DNA from: Fistulifera solaris
Lineage: Eukaryota
Direction of reading: 5' to 3'
NCBI GenBank assembly: GCA_030295235.1
Contig: AP026146.1
Span: forward strand, 496,001 to 560,000
Length of the DNA stretch: 64,000 bases
The position numbers were made by a program, and so were the translations under genes. Under the pieces are notes generated by a model. The model was not told the DNA's origin and did no database searches. It saw only the letters and a program-made list of their open reading frames with translations. This document shows positions 1 to 12,801 of the stretch, piece after piece. Numbering within the stretch: the stretch's first letter is position 1; the number at the start of each line of letters is the position of its first letter.

Positions 1-7
1 TATATAA

Positions 8-190
8 CCACCGCAAGGCCGTTCTCGGAACTCATCTGATGGCGGAATTTTGGAAGCATTGACAGGATCCGGCGGTGTGAGCAAATATTCGTTGAAAACT
101 CTGCAGAGAGCGCGCTCTCCAAATTCCAAGAAGCGTGCGCGCTCGAAGGTCACACGTCACCTTTCGACAGATTTAGCCAGTGAAGTGTAG
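8..190 (+). CDS. Possible 3' end of a gene entering from the left edge
   Basis: Open frame PPQGRSRNSSDGGILEALTGSGG...STDLASEV* ending at TAG 188-190. No motif recognised. Confidence 0.25.
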   Translation, partial: PPQGRSRNSSDGGILEALTGSGGVSKYSLKTLQRARSPNSKKRARSKVTRHLSTDLASEV

Positions 191-1180
191 GAGGGAAGGA
201 CGCTGGAATCCCGGAAGGTTTAAGTAAAAATTTGGCTATAATGTATTTTGTGTTTGTTGAATGGTTCCACTATGGACCCCGAGAAGTACGACTTGACACT
301 CCGCTGAATAGTCTCAACTCTCAACGAGCTCTGACGCGAGTTGTACAATCACGGATGCAAGTCACGATCGATGTCACGGTTTTGTTACGTTTTTTCGAAA
401 GAGCAATTTCTGCACACAAGCTGGGTACTCCGATCACTGTTGGCTCTTGCTTCTTGCAAAGCAAGTAATACCATTAAAACCAAGCATGAGTGATCCTTGG
501 ATACTGAATTGTCCTTGTCTTGCTTAGGCTATAAAAGGATAGGTTGTCCCACCGCTTGCAATGATGATCTTTTTTTTACCTTAGGTTCTCGATGTGCCAA
601 GGATCCAGAAACATGAAGGCTGCTGCTGCAGAAGAAAGTAAATACTTTGTGACAATTTGCCTGGAGAAGAATTATTTGTTTGGCGTAGAGAATTTACACA
701 TAGCTACCTCTAGAACTGTTTCGTGAAACTAAACTTGCAATTGCTTGCGTTGCCTACCTTTTACATTGAAAGGAAATTCAACTTGTTTATGACTTGACTG
801 AGAAACTTAAACGATTATTGGATTGGCAATATTCGTCCCCGCTAACTAGAAAAGAGACGACCTGAAAGTCGCGTTCTAACAAATTTCAATGTATTAGTCA
901 TCCCTTAGGTCTCTATGAGATGTGTATTGAGTAACTATTATTGTTTCAATGCATCTTGAACGGACGCCAGCACGGCTCAAAAGAATAGATCTAGGGGTTT
1001 TATGGGTTAGCTCCAAGTTAACCTGGTCCTTAGTTTGTTACCTACCTGGTTTTGCAACAAATAGCAGAAAACGAAAAATGATGCGATGTGATCGACAAGA
1101 ATCCTTTTAAGAGACACCTTGCAACAAGCTAATTGATCACAATACATTTACTTTCCTAATCCGTACTCATCAAGGCGCAC

Positions 1181-1942
1181 ATGTCGAGTGGATATGAGCG
1201 AGACAAATCAAATCCGAGGACCGCAACAGGAAAAAATAACATTGAATACTTACTGGCAGCTGGTCTCGAAACATGGACCCATCAGGTTCTTTATTCACGC
1301 CGTGTGTATCCTAAAGCGACCTTTGGTAACGTGAGATTTGCAGGAATTCAATGTCACGTAAATCGACATCCGGACGTCGTTCAATACATTCAAGAAACCG
1401 TGAGCCTGGCTGCTCCAGCTATCATTCAGGGATCGGTCGATCAGGTATCTCTCATCATTACTTGTTATGAGAATTGGAGTCAAGAAGGCTTGGATGAGAC
1501 AGTGGAAGAATGCAAAAAGCTTGAAGAATGTCAGATTCGGTTTGGGAATATTCAGAAGGACCGTATTGAAAATTCTGCAGATAACGGTGATGCGGAATTG
1601 AAGCAGTGTTTTCGCGAACTAATCCTTCGTCTTGGGAGTCTTGAGAGCGTACCCTCAAAATTCCAGAATTCTCGAGGTCTGAGTTTTCGACTCGAACTAG
1701 GAATGTCGACCCAATTACCTGATTCTGTACCATCATCGCTGCTCACAGCCCTCTCCGAAGGGCGGTGCCTGGAAAGTTCCAACGATTGGGAAACAAGAGG
1801 CACTAGCAAGGCGGTGGTCGTCCGACCTCTTTGTCAAAGCAACATGTCCTTTGGCAAGGTTAACTTATTTCATCGGAGAATCCAACAAGGTCAAGCGACG
1901 CACGACCGACAAGCATTGTTGGGGAAGAACGCTTCAACATAG
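1181..1942 (+). CDS. REV7: HORMA-domain protein, REV7/MAD2L2-like (Pol zeta accessory subunit)
   Basis: HQVLYSRRVYPKATF and CHVNRHPDVVQYI match the REV7 N-terminal HORMA pattern (LY.R.vYP...F, HP.l..YI). The later FRELILRL and SFRLEL segments also fit. Confidence 0.75.
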   Translation: MSSGYERDKSNPRTATGKNNIEYLLAAGLETWTHQVLYSRRVYPKATFGNVRFAGIQCHVNRHPDVVQYIQETVSLAAPAIIQGSVDQVSLIITCYENWSQEGLDETVEECKKLEECQIRFGNIQKDRIENSADNGDAELKQCFRELILRLGSLESVPSKFQNSRGLSFRLELGMSTQLPDSVPSSLLTALSEGRCLESSNDWETRGTSKAVVVRPLCQSNMSFGKVNLFHRRIQQGQATHDRQALLGKNAST

Positions 1943-2148
1943 TAAGAATTTTTCATATCGGAGAAATAGGTTTACGTCCTGGCGATAGCTGTTTTTCGTT
2001 ACCGTTTCTGATTGCTGTGGCACGTATGAAAGAAGAGTACTAGCTCATATATGCTTTCAGCACCTAGCTTACTATTCCAGACAAGTTACTTCAGCAAGAC
2101 CGGCTACAACAGATCAAAGCGTACAATTCTACTACGTTTACCACAACA

Positions 2149-2909
2149 TTAAGATACTTTTCGATCATTCAATAAACGCACTTGTTTCTGCGCCGCACTA
2201 TTCCATTGAAAGCGAGTTTTCGTTATGGGAAGAATTCTTCGCATTTTCTTCAAACTCTCTTCCGCGTCCTCACAAGCGCCTTTCATTTGTTCATAGAAAT
2301 CCTTTTCACGTGCGGCAATCTCTTTCGCTGTCGCCTGGGCAATCTTTTCGTCGTACGACATGTTGCGCGCTTCTAATTTGGCAACAATAGCATTCACCGC
2401 CTCTTTTCGGTTCCCACCGGACGCTCCGGGTATTGTCGCGTGGCACGTAGTTGAATGTTGGATCCGCCTTCGTAATAGTGGAGATGCACATGTGTAGTGC
2501 CTCCCATTTCGACTTGTGTTTCGGTTTTCGGTGTTATATTCCATGTAGTCGACCATCCCCCAGCACGGCAATTTGGTGTTTCCAACTTTTCGACGTACGT
2601 CTTTGCGGTGATCTGCCCTTCCTTTTCGGCGTTGGGTGTAGCTTGCATTGTCAAGCGTGGCGTCAAATCCTTGGCCGCGAAACGACCTTGATATTCTTCT
2701 ACTGTTCCTTGAATAGCTGTCATTAACGGTGTTGTTGCATTCTCGTTCGAATCTATCCTTAACGAACAAGTCTTGTCATTCAATTCATTCATGAAGTCAT
2801 CATTAAACGCACTCAACTTCGTCAATTGACCTTTGAGGGCCGCCATATCTTTCGTCTCCATGGGTGGCAAAGACAGTATCACATCGCGCCCAAAGTCTGT
2901 GTCGGACAT
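2149..2909 (-). CDS. F-actin capping protein alpha subunit (one frameshift near 2405)
   Basis: NCRAGGWSTTW and HLHYYEGGSNIQL in one frame; LKKMRRILPITKTRFQW in the next. The frames join by one base in an A-run. ATG at 2909. Confidence 0.8.
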
Positions 2910-3889
2910 TTTCGCAGCGGTTGAATAGAATGACCGGTTCTTCAATAACAGTCGAAGCGAAAAGGAAGAGACAATATTGACAGAATAATGCGAAAGGTGT
3001 GAAATGACTCGCCGCCATGGTCATGGCGGCAGTGAAATCGCAAGGCAACTATTTATCGTATGATAGGACAGCGTTACTCTTGCAGTTATAGTGGAGGAGT
3101 CTTGAGTGCCAACATTATTCGGGATCGAATTGAATTGAGTCACAACGCAATTATTTAACGTTTGCTAAGATAGTAAACAATACGCAATGAGCGGATGCGA
3201 TCATTTCAGCAAAATTGTTTAAAGTAAGCGTCAACCTGGCCAAAACGTCTGCCCTTTTTCTAAGGCAAGTAGTTTTTTAGGAGTCGGAGTACGGAGCAGC
3301 CCATACAAAAATGATGATACGTCTCCGCTTTCGGGACTGGTTCGGACCGACTCCCGCCAGTGTCAAGTCTATATTTATTTGATACCATAGTCTCTAGTAA
3401 ATACTAGATCGACATCAGATGCGGATACGAAAATTTCAAAAAAATGGACTTGACTGGGCACAGCATTGACTTATGCATTTGAATGGATGTCAAGTGCTCT
3501 CAAAGGCAGCGTCAACACTGTCCTTACTCGTTACTAAAATGGAGTCGTGGCGAAAAACGAACAACACTTAGTGAAGATAGCAAAAACTTTGACCTTAACG
3601 ATGCCTTGACCCTTGACCCGTGACCGACCCTCTGTGTACAGGTAGTGTGTAGTTGAAGACGACAAAGAATAAGCGCCGATGACAATTATGATGAATGGCA
3701 ACACTTCAGCCAAACATTTTACAATCACACCTTCATTTCCAATCATCTATCAATCATATTCACAGAAACAGTGGGCCTCATCAGTAGCACGCATTGTGAC
3801 GACGACTCCTCTCCTCTATTGGTCTAGTGTTGATCGCAAAATTGATATAGACTTAGCAAAATACAGACAAACGTAGAACAGTTGACAAT

Positions 3890-4507
3890 ATGCTGCTGCT
3901 ACGAAATCTATGCATTGCCACTTATCTTTGCGGATTAGTGAACGCATTTGTGACATCAAACACGGCACGAAGATGCACTTGTACGCAGCCTTTCGATACT
4001 ACATTGAATGCTGCATCACGCCGACATGTCCTTGAGCAGTCCTCGGCTTGCTTGCTGGGTGTCACGGGTTTGCTTCCACAAGCAAGTTGGGCGTCATCCT
4101 TATCCGAATCACTGCAAGCGATTCAGCAAGCCCGAAAGCAGATGGAGAATGTCCCCAACTTGATTCAAGAGGAAAAATGGGATTCGGTGCGCGCCATTTT
4201 GATTACACCGCCCCTAGCAGATTGCTGGGCGAAAACCAGTCGGCCATTGTTGAAGAACTATGCCGATCAGGTGGGAGATAATGGAGGAGATGAATTGGCC
4301 GCTATCGAGCTAAGGGAGGATCTCATTTCCCATTTGCGATACCTCGATATGGCCGTGTACAACAATGTATTCAATCCAATCAACACGATGGGTGAGAACG
4401 GGGCTACAAAAGCTCTTATAAAGTCTTACTACGAAGACCCGATCAACGAGTACAAGGCATCTATTGAAGCACTGGACAGTCTCATTACATTGGCGGATCA
4501 ATCATGA
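3890..4507 (+). CDS. Plastid-targeted, probably thylakoid-lumen helical protein (PsbQ-like bundle)
   Basis: Signal peptide ending VNA-F, transit-like stretch, RR plus hydrophobic segment plus ASWA lumenal signal, then an EKWDSVRAIL helix. The PsbQ-like fold is an inference. Confidence 0.6.
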   Translation: MLLLRNLCIATYLCGLVNAFVTSNTARRCTCTQPFDTTLNAASRRHVLEQSSACLLGVTGLLPQASWASSLSESLQAIQQARKQMENVPNLIQEEKWDSVRAILITPPLADCWAKTSRPLLKNYADQVGDNGGDELAAIELREDLISHLRYLDMAVYNNVFNPINTMGENGATKALIKSYYEDPINEYKASIEALDSLITLADQS

Positions 4508-4775
4508 TGACCGTCCCATCTGAGAGACCTACATCATAGCAAGAAATGAACATGAGCAACTCAGGACTAAACAGGAAGTAGATAATTCAAGAATGTAAGA
4601 TTCTAATAGCTTATGATAGGAACTTGGTGGGCTTAAGGAGCAATTCAGCTGCATTCCTCCTGAAGGCCACTATTCGGAACAATGCTATTCCTTCAACCAG
4701 TCTTGGTCAACAAGATATGCTCTTAAATCATATTTCGCTGCGCAAGATTAGTCGCACTCCCGTGGGAAAGTAAGT

Positions 4776-6600
4776 TTACTGTCCACTCGTAAAGTCAAGG
4801 TAGAAGGGCCGTCACTCATTCCGAAACCGAACTGATCGCCGTCCATTTGGGGAGCAATATTGGCAATCTCGCCTTCCTCTTCGATATCAAAGTAAGTTTC
4901 CAAAATCTTAATAGACTTTTCGTAAATGTCATTGTTCGAGTGTTGCTGGAGCTCTTCAATCTTGGTGAGGCCTTCGGCTTCTGAAATGAGCGCGACCATC
5001 ATGTTGGGACTTCCCGTTTGTCGCGATTCTTCTTCGCCAGTTTTTAGGATATTTTCTAGTCCCTCTAGAGCGATAGTGACGATCTTCGGATCGGAGACTG
5101 TCAACAGGTCGCAGAGAGGACGAATGCATCCTGTTGAACCAAAAATTTGATTTGCTGAGGACTACCGCCCGAAGTGGCGTTGGAGATCGCCCAAGCAGCT
5201 TCCTTGCGGATGTCAAACTCAGCGTTACTCAGAAGTTGAACGAGCGGTGGGATGATGTTGTTCTCAATTACCGACTGGATCTGTTCCTTGTTACCGGCGG
5301 TGATGTTCGAAATCGTCCAGCAGGCCTCCTTGCGAATACCTTTCTTGGGACTAGAAAGGAGCGCCAACAGACAAGGAAGTGCATTGTTGTTGATAACGTA
5401 TTGTGTCTGCAAGTCATTACCCGTCACAATGTTTCCAATCGTTCGTAGAGCAGGAGTCTGGACGGCAGGGCTACAAGAAAAAAGGGCAAAGTGAGACAGG
5501 GATATTCAGTGTCAGAGAGAAGAAACACCAATCAAATATTGACGTACCTCGGGTTCAGGAGCAGTTCAACCAAGCGGCGAATGATACCAGACTCAATGAC
5601 AGCCTGGATCTTCTCATTGGGGCCATCCGAGAGGTAGGAGAGGGCCCAACAAGCGTCCGTCAAAACCTCCTCATCCGGACTAAAAATGAGCTGCGCCAAG
5701 GTTGGCAATGCAGGTCGAACCATCTCAAAAATCCGGCTGAGGCTTTCCACGGCAAAAGTTCGATAACGTCCAAGTAGCATTACGAAGCATACTCAACTTG
5801 GAGTTCTGATGCAATTGCATGAGAAGTGGCTGCATGGCGCCTGCTTGCAACACCAAATCACGACAGGGAGGAGAGTCACCAGCAATGTTCCCGAGAGCCC
5901 AAACAGCCTGCTCGCGAACATCATCGTTAGGGCTCATCAAAAGGCGGACGAAAATGGGAACGGCTCCCACCTCCATGACAACTTTCGTATGCTCCGAAGT
6001 ACCACTGGCAATGTTCGTCAAAGCCCACGCAGCCTCAAACTGAAGTGCAGGATTATCGTCACGCTGCAGAAACTCAACAAATCGAGGGACTACCTGTGCA
6101 TCAATGACTTGTTGAATGGGCGGGTTTTTCTCAATCGACAAGAGACGACGGAATTGAGTAGTGCATTCGGTCTGCACCGCCGGATCGTTCCCCATGACAC
6201 CTTGTACCATCGCCGGGAGTTGTTCGAGCTTGGACGCATTCACAGCCGCACGGGCTGTGCTGGTGATCATGCCCTGGTCGAGATCCGCGTACGTGTTATC
6301 TCCCACATTCATCAACATGGAGGCCGCCGCCAAACCAGCCGGGGTTGTTGCGGACATTTCTCCCGACTGCATTTGACGACGCTTGGCCATGCGAGCATCC
6401 TTTTGTTTTTGCGCAATTGAATCGTCGTTTCCTCACGATCTCTGCGGCTTTCTTCCGCGTCAATAGTCTTTTTGAACTGTCGCTGTGAATGACAAGAAAA
6501 GGTAAGAAGTATAAGTGAGCAAAGCTGCATGCAATCCTTTCTGCGACAAAAATGTAAACAAGAGCAAACATACATCGGCTGGTTTCGCTGCGGCGCTCAT
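4776..6600 (-). CDS. Importin alpha (introns 6573-6483 and about 5547-5471; several homopolymer frameshifts)
   Basis: IBB domain ([25 protein letters not shown]...KRR) and ARM repeats [55 protein letters not shown]. The stop at 4776 assumes one missing T. Confidence 0.95.
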
Positions 6601-7132
6601 AGTTCTGGTTTTGAAGAAGTGAATTCAGTGACTGTTTCTCTCGAATGTAAATCGCTTGTGGCGATCAATTAACTCCTCAAAGGATGGTGAATGTTGTTTG
6701 TGTCATAGTTCGCTTGGTGCTTCACCTTCGATGGCTGCGCTTTAGCTGTTTGCTAGAACGAAATGGAGCCGTTTCTGATTTAACGCCTACGATCACTTCC
6801 ACTAAACAGACATTTACTAGTGCGACATATTACTTAGGAATACAAACGAATTGATAAAAATTTAGGAGGTCGCGCCAGCCGGCCAGGTTCTCTGCCGCTC
6901 CACACTGTACGCCACACAACGCACAACAATCTCGGTAGGAATTTGGAATTCATTCCCGTCGCGTTTCGATGAAAGGGTTTAGACTAAAAAGTTGAGCACA
7001 GGACAGACGAAGCATGCAACTGGCATTCGTCCATTTCTCCTCTTGTAATGCTTTTATAGATTGCAACAATGTGTTTATGACGACCAATACCATGAGAAGA
7101 TAAATTTTCGCATTCAAGGAACACGTTTAAAA

Positions 7133-9199
7133 ATGTCAGAAACTCCTTCCTTTGCAAGATCCCCATCGTTTGAGGAGGAAACGCCGCGTAATGACAATCC
7201 AAATACCGACAAATCTGGCACCCCGTTTTTTGCCGATTACATTATGGATCTTAGTGAAGCGCACGATCTTGCGGAGACTCCTGATCCAACAAAACCCCCG
7301 TTAGATGTTTCGAATTTGAATTCGAGTCGAATTCAAAGTATCCAAGTTCCTTCCCTTGGTGTTGCGTTAAAAGAACTGCAGAAGAATCGGACGCTGTTTC
7401 CTCGGAAGCTGATTCTACTTCTGGCAACGAGCCGCGATCGTTTAATCGCATCTCCAATGTGGAAATGAGTCTTCGTCATGCTTCTCCTCCCCCGTCTTTA
7501 CCTAGGTGGCCTCGAGATATTCCATGGGCATTTGCCTTTCTCGTATTTGTGCCATTATCAGCCATTGTGCCGATTCTCGATTGGCGACGGAACAACGTGG
7601 CATCACCGTTGGAAGTCCATCCGCTGTCGACAGCATCTTTGCATGCTCTTTTCTGGGCAGGAATCGCTGCACTGATATTAAGTAGAGCTCTGTATCGCAC
7701 CCCAGGAGGAGGAGATGGTGATGACGCCCGCTACTTGCTGGGCGCTGCCTTAACGACTGCGGCACCCATTTCGGTGGCAATAAATATTGCGCTCGTTTTG
7801 ATGATTCTTTACGCATGTCCTCATGCTCGATTAGGCGCACTGGTCCCTTTGTGGTACACGGTACGAGATCTTTACTTATTTCGTCGATGGCGAAGGAGAA
7901 ATCACCAATCGGGTGCAGGGAGTCGTCAAGCCTTTTTCCAGGCTTTGACATCCATGGTCTTGGATATACTCAGTCGTTCTTTACGGCGCGCCAGCTTCTT
8001 TCGTGTCTTAACTTTGACACTGGCAATACAGTTCGGGGTGTTGATTGTATGGCGTTGGGCTCTACTAGCATCGCTTCATCAGCCCCTCCATGTGATCCTG
8101 ATTGCGCTAATTGGCTTTAAATGGGTGACAGGAACAGTTGCACGTATGCTTAGCTTGCTTGCCTCGGGTGGCATTATGTCTTGGTTTGCGCAACAAGCAA
8201 GGCTAGCTCACGAGCTCCCCCTCCCCGTCCTTAGACCGCGAGAGCTCTGACGGTACCTCGGAAGACATCGAAAATGATGCTATGATAACCGAGGCATACA
8301 GGACGGTTGATGCATCTGTATACCAGTCCGTTGCTGACATGGACGATGTTTTGGATGATGACTATGAAGTGGATGACGAAGAGTTCCTCGAAGCTCCAAG
8401 CCCAAGAGTAGATGGACGGCGAGAATCGGTGCAGAGAGCCGGCGTTATGAACCACTCTACTGTGAAATCGATTTTGCATGGCGGCATGACCGTCTCTTTT
8501 GGGTCAGTTTGTCAGTGTGGTTTATTTGGGGGGATAGCGCAATTTTTGTGGAGCCAGATAAGAAAGATTGAATTTTCCCGGTCGTTGATACTGAGACACC
8601 GCAACAATATCGGACAAAATGGCTTTCGTGGGATGGAGGTAAACGGTTCAGATCAATCTTGCTGCACTCGGATGTACGAAAGCGCTCTTTATTTAGCAAG
8701 AAGCTTTGTGAGGAGGTTCTCGGATTTGGCCATGTGTCACGTTGCACTTTTTTACAAGAGTTATCAAAGGGCAGCCCTAGACGTTGCGACTCTGGTCGAA
8801 GAATCTGGTAAGTCCTCTCGCAGTCGCTAGACCGCTTTTCAAAGCTTTTCCACTCACAACCTTGGTACAGGAGTTGAGCCAATCCTTCACGACGACATCT
8901 CGACTCATATGTGCGCATGCGTTGGCGGGGCTATTTCGGGCATCATTGTGATTATAAGCGGCATACTGTTACTCCATCAGCGGAAGGACTTTAACCCTCC
9001 CATTTCCGATGCTCAAGTTGTCACAAACATGATTGCAGCTTTCATTTTTTCTTACACAATGATATTTACAGTCATGGAGCCCCTGCGAGCTTCTATCAAG
9101 GCTGTCTACGTTTCTTTCGCGCAACATCCAGAAAGCCTCAGTCGAGCCTTCCCTATCATTTACCACAGATTGCACAGGCTATCATCGGAGCACAGGTAA
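7133..9199 (+). CDS. Choline transporter-like (CTL/SLC44/PNS1 family) membrane protein
   Basis: RDIPWAFAF, multiple TM helices, SFGSVC, AMCHVALFYKSYQRAA and VYVSFAQHPESL. Intron 8808-8870; frameshifts near 7400 and 8230. Confidence 0.7.
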
Positions 9200-9301
9200 T
9201 ATTAGGACCTAATGAGTATAACTAAAGCTAGTTACTACGAATGCGGCTATTAGATCAGAATATTCGTTATAAGAATGTTTTATCGTTGCTCGTCGACTCG
9301 C

Positions 9302-11599
9302 TCAAGCGGAGTCCTTTTTCTCTTCTTCGTTATCTTCTGCGTCAGGTCCAGCAATGAGCGCCTCGAAATATTCAGGCTGTACAGAGCAGACGTAGAACTT
9401 CTCGCTGGGTTGGAACCCGTTGAAGTTCGAAGACGCGGCCATGGTGTATGCACCCATGTTCTGGAAGTACATCCAATCTCCAACCTCCAACTTGGGAAGC
9501 AAGACGGAGCGAGCTACAACGTCAATCGAGTCGCAGGTGTTTCCAAAGACGGTGGACGTGTAAAGCTGCTGGTTGACTTGGAATGCATCAGGCATGGTGT
9601 CTGCATCGAATTCGAGGATACCGTCGACAGTTTTGGACGCGAATACCTTTCCGTTACGCTCACGTAACACACGTGGTCGAACAGTGGCATGGTCAAACAT
9701 GATGTTGTTGAAAGCAGAGTACACGCTGTTGTTGATCGTGTAAGCGATATCGTCTTGCAACGGCCCACTATCCGCAACGGCTTGCATCACGATACCATTG
9801 ATGGCCGCCTCTCCGGCCGCTGCAAGAGTGATCAAGGCGTCGGTCTCTTCACCATCTTTGTCCATCGCAACAAGAGGATAAGTCATTCCTTCCACAGTGT
9901 GCTTCATGTTCTTGGTCTGAGCTTCCGTAGGTGCTCCCAAAATATCAGCAGCCGTTTCGAAATCTTCATCATAAATATCGATGACATCATTGTAGGCGTC
10001 TGCTTCCTGCTGAGATAGATTCTGTCGGGCGTAGAGTCGAGAGTAACTCTGCAATTCTTCCACCATGGTTTCAAGAACAGTTTCGGTTTCGGTACCACCC
10101 AATGACAAGTTGCGAATGGTTCGATCCATGCGATTCTTCGGTCCGTTGACAAGCTCCAATTCCTCTTCTCGAGTCATCTCGCTGAGTCGTTGTGCATGCT
10201 CTTGATCATCGTGCGGCTCGAGCTCGAAGGTGCCGTCGCATTCGTTGGTACGCATCGCAATGACATTGCAGCAGAGAGTCGAGCATGCGGCGACAAAGAA
10301 ACGTCCCGGCTCTCCGATCACTCGTACGCCTGAATCTTCGGGGAAAAGGTCGTCGATGATGGGCGCAACATACTCCGCAATTTCTTTGAAAAACATGAAT
10401 CTGTCGGATTCTTCCGACACGCCATCATCCGAACCTTGTTCGGTTCCTTCTTTCTTCAACGATTCCGGCTCTTCGTCAATTTCTTCCTGAGGATTCCAGA
10501 GACTGTGGGTTTCACCAGGGAAACCACCACCAATGTCGAGAACCGACATGTTGAATCCGTACTCCTTCTTGGCCAAGTCAAAAATCTCGCGAGCATCCTT
10601 GAGCGCCAGTTCGTAGCGCGTTCCATCACGACATCCCGATCCCACGTGAAAACTGACACCAATGACCTCCAAGCCGCATTTCTTAGCCGTAGCCAAGAGC
10701 GGTCGCCACTTGGCTCGAGGAGCACCGAACTTGCTCGAGAGGCGGCATTGCGACCCGCGGTCATCGGTCACGATACGGAGGATCAGCTGAATCTTCTTGG
10801 AGATTCCCGCGCATTTTTGATCTCTTCCGCATTGTCGAAGGTGACCATGCGAATGCCTTTGCAAACGGCTTCCAATAGATGAGCACGAGCCTTTGAAGGA
10901 TTAGCGTAGATGATATCGGGCTGACGGGGTAGATCTTTCGCAATGTCTTGCACAAGACGAATTTCCTCACGGGAAGCGCAATCAAAGTTGCATCCGAGGA
11001 CGGCCAAAGTGCGCACAATGACTGGATCGGGGTTGCACTTGACAGCTGATGATAGGAAGGAGCATAATCAGTGACGTTAAGTGCAAACCCGTCATCAATG
11101 CTGTAGAGGGAAGAAGGAGTCTTACCATAAAAGGGTTCGATGCGGGGGAAGTACTTTCGCCATTGATAGACTTGCGAAACAACAATGCCGAGATCAATTA
11201 CGTAGAAAGAGTCTTCAACAGGCGTCAAGTCAACACCGTTGTTAATCACCCCCTCTTCAATGTTTTGAAAATGCTCAGGAATAGAAGCTTTCGAAACCCG
11301 TTCAGAGAGGTAATAGCGGGTGGCGCGATTGAGACCGGTGCCTATCGCGCTGCCTCCGAGATAGACTCCATTGTCAATCAAGACCTTCGAAAGAATACCT
11401 TTGGATTCCACTTCATCGATTCCGGAGAACGAAATGCTGCGACCGTGGCGTACCATCAAGCTTACTCTTTGGAAATAGCTCCCGCTCGTAAAATCGGTAA
11501 CAACAACAACCGATTTTTTTTGTGGCGATGATGATGGAGGTGCGAACCGATCAAATTTTACCGCCGACGAGGAACTTGGGGCTGTGGGCTGTCAGCCAT
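9302..11599 (-). CDS. ODC: Ornithine decarboxylase (group IV PLP decarboxylase); start codon uncertain (11599 or 11456)
   Basis: PFYAVKCN (PLP lysine, across intron 11125-11046), FDCAS, SFHVGSG, DIGGGFPG, EPGRFF, TCDSID, MGAYT. Frameshift near 10815. Confidence 0.9.
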
Positions 11600-12801
11600 A
11601 GCTGGTCTTTTCGTGGTCGGAGTGTGTCGATGTTCGAAGAGCCGGCATTCCCCAGCAAGAATCGGGAACGCATACTGCTTTTTACGTGCCGTCTACGGCA
11701 AGAATCGATTTCTTGTCGAAAAATGTACTGGGTGTTTGGCCAAGATTTACTGCAACTATCGATAGTCAACTCGACTCTACTTTTTGACACAGAGTCTGGG
11801 ATCCGACACAGAACAGACACTTTCGTTTTTGCACAAAGCCAACGTCTTGTTCTCTCAACGTTCCTCTCTCCTCCGCAAGGCGTTGAGTTCAGCATGCGTG
11901 CAAGATTTACTAGATAAGACCGCCTTTGCCATCTGTGATCCGTGTCGTGTACCGTGTGACTAAAAACGTGTTCCAAGGAGATTTTTTCCTTGTTTTCTGC
12001 TTTCCAGCTCTTGGATTCTGAATTCTAGATGACACGAAGCCTATTTCCAATTGGAATACATTGTTCCACACTCTCTTCTACAGTACATTTTAGGCCTCCT
12101 GTCGTTGCTCGCGTTTTGGAATCCTAGCTTCCGATCCCGAACAATGTTCTGAAACCTTAGCCTTGAACGACGAATTTATGTCGACACATTCGTGCGGTCA
12201 TAGTTTTTGTCAGGGAAGGACGTTTAAACTTCTGCCTCCCAGTACAAAATTCTACCTAGCGACCACGACGAGGCAGAATTTTAACGCCGTTTCTCCCGGC
12301 CGGCCTTTCGGTTGCGGCCTACAAGAGTGAACGGAGGATGGACGCATTGTACATAATAGAGTATACACAGCCAGGCGGTGTTTTGTTATCTACGAGGAAA
12401 AGCGAAACGTCTAACAACCAACAAAAATGTTACTCCGTATTTAGAATTTAGAGCCAAGTACTGTCTACTTTAACACATATATATTTTATTCCTAATTTTT
12501 TAATCGTCAGAATCTAATCTTGACATTCGACTGAATTTTCCACTTTTCATTCACATATATTTCAGTCATTATGCAACGCTAAAATGATTTTCCCCATTTA
12601 ACGCAACCAGTCACCCCAACGGACCTCAGTTTCCATGCTGTTTGCGTTTGCGGAGGAGGTTTGGGTTTGGGGGCAGACAACCAGCCAAATGCACGATACA
12701 TTTCGACTTTTCCATCGCAAACTCTATCTTTCCGCTAATCAAGCTATTAATATTCGAATATGTCGTCTACCGAACAAGGGAAACGATGGTACGATGGTGC
12801 A

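Noticed and set aside
480..700. Possible C/D-box snoRNA or spliced ncRNA (ATGATGA, several YAG/GT signals)
   Set aside because: No properly placed D box, terminal stem or recognisable rRNA guide.
3011..3030. Perfect 9-bp inverted repeat GCCGCCATG-GT-CATGGCGGC upstream of capping protein alpha
   Set aside because: A single short occurrence with no supporting context.
2394..6420. Programmed ribosomal frameshifting in capping protein alpha and importin alpha
   Set aside because: The shifts sit mostly in homopolymers across many unrelated genes, so sequencing error is far more parsimonious.
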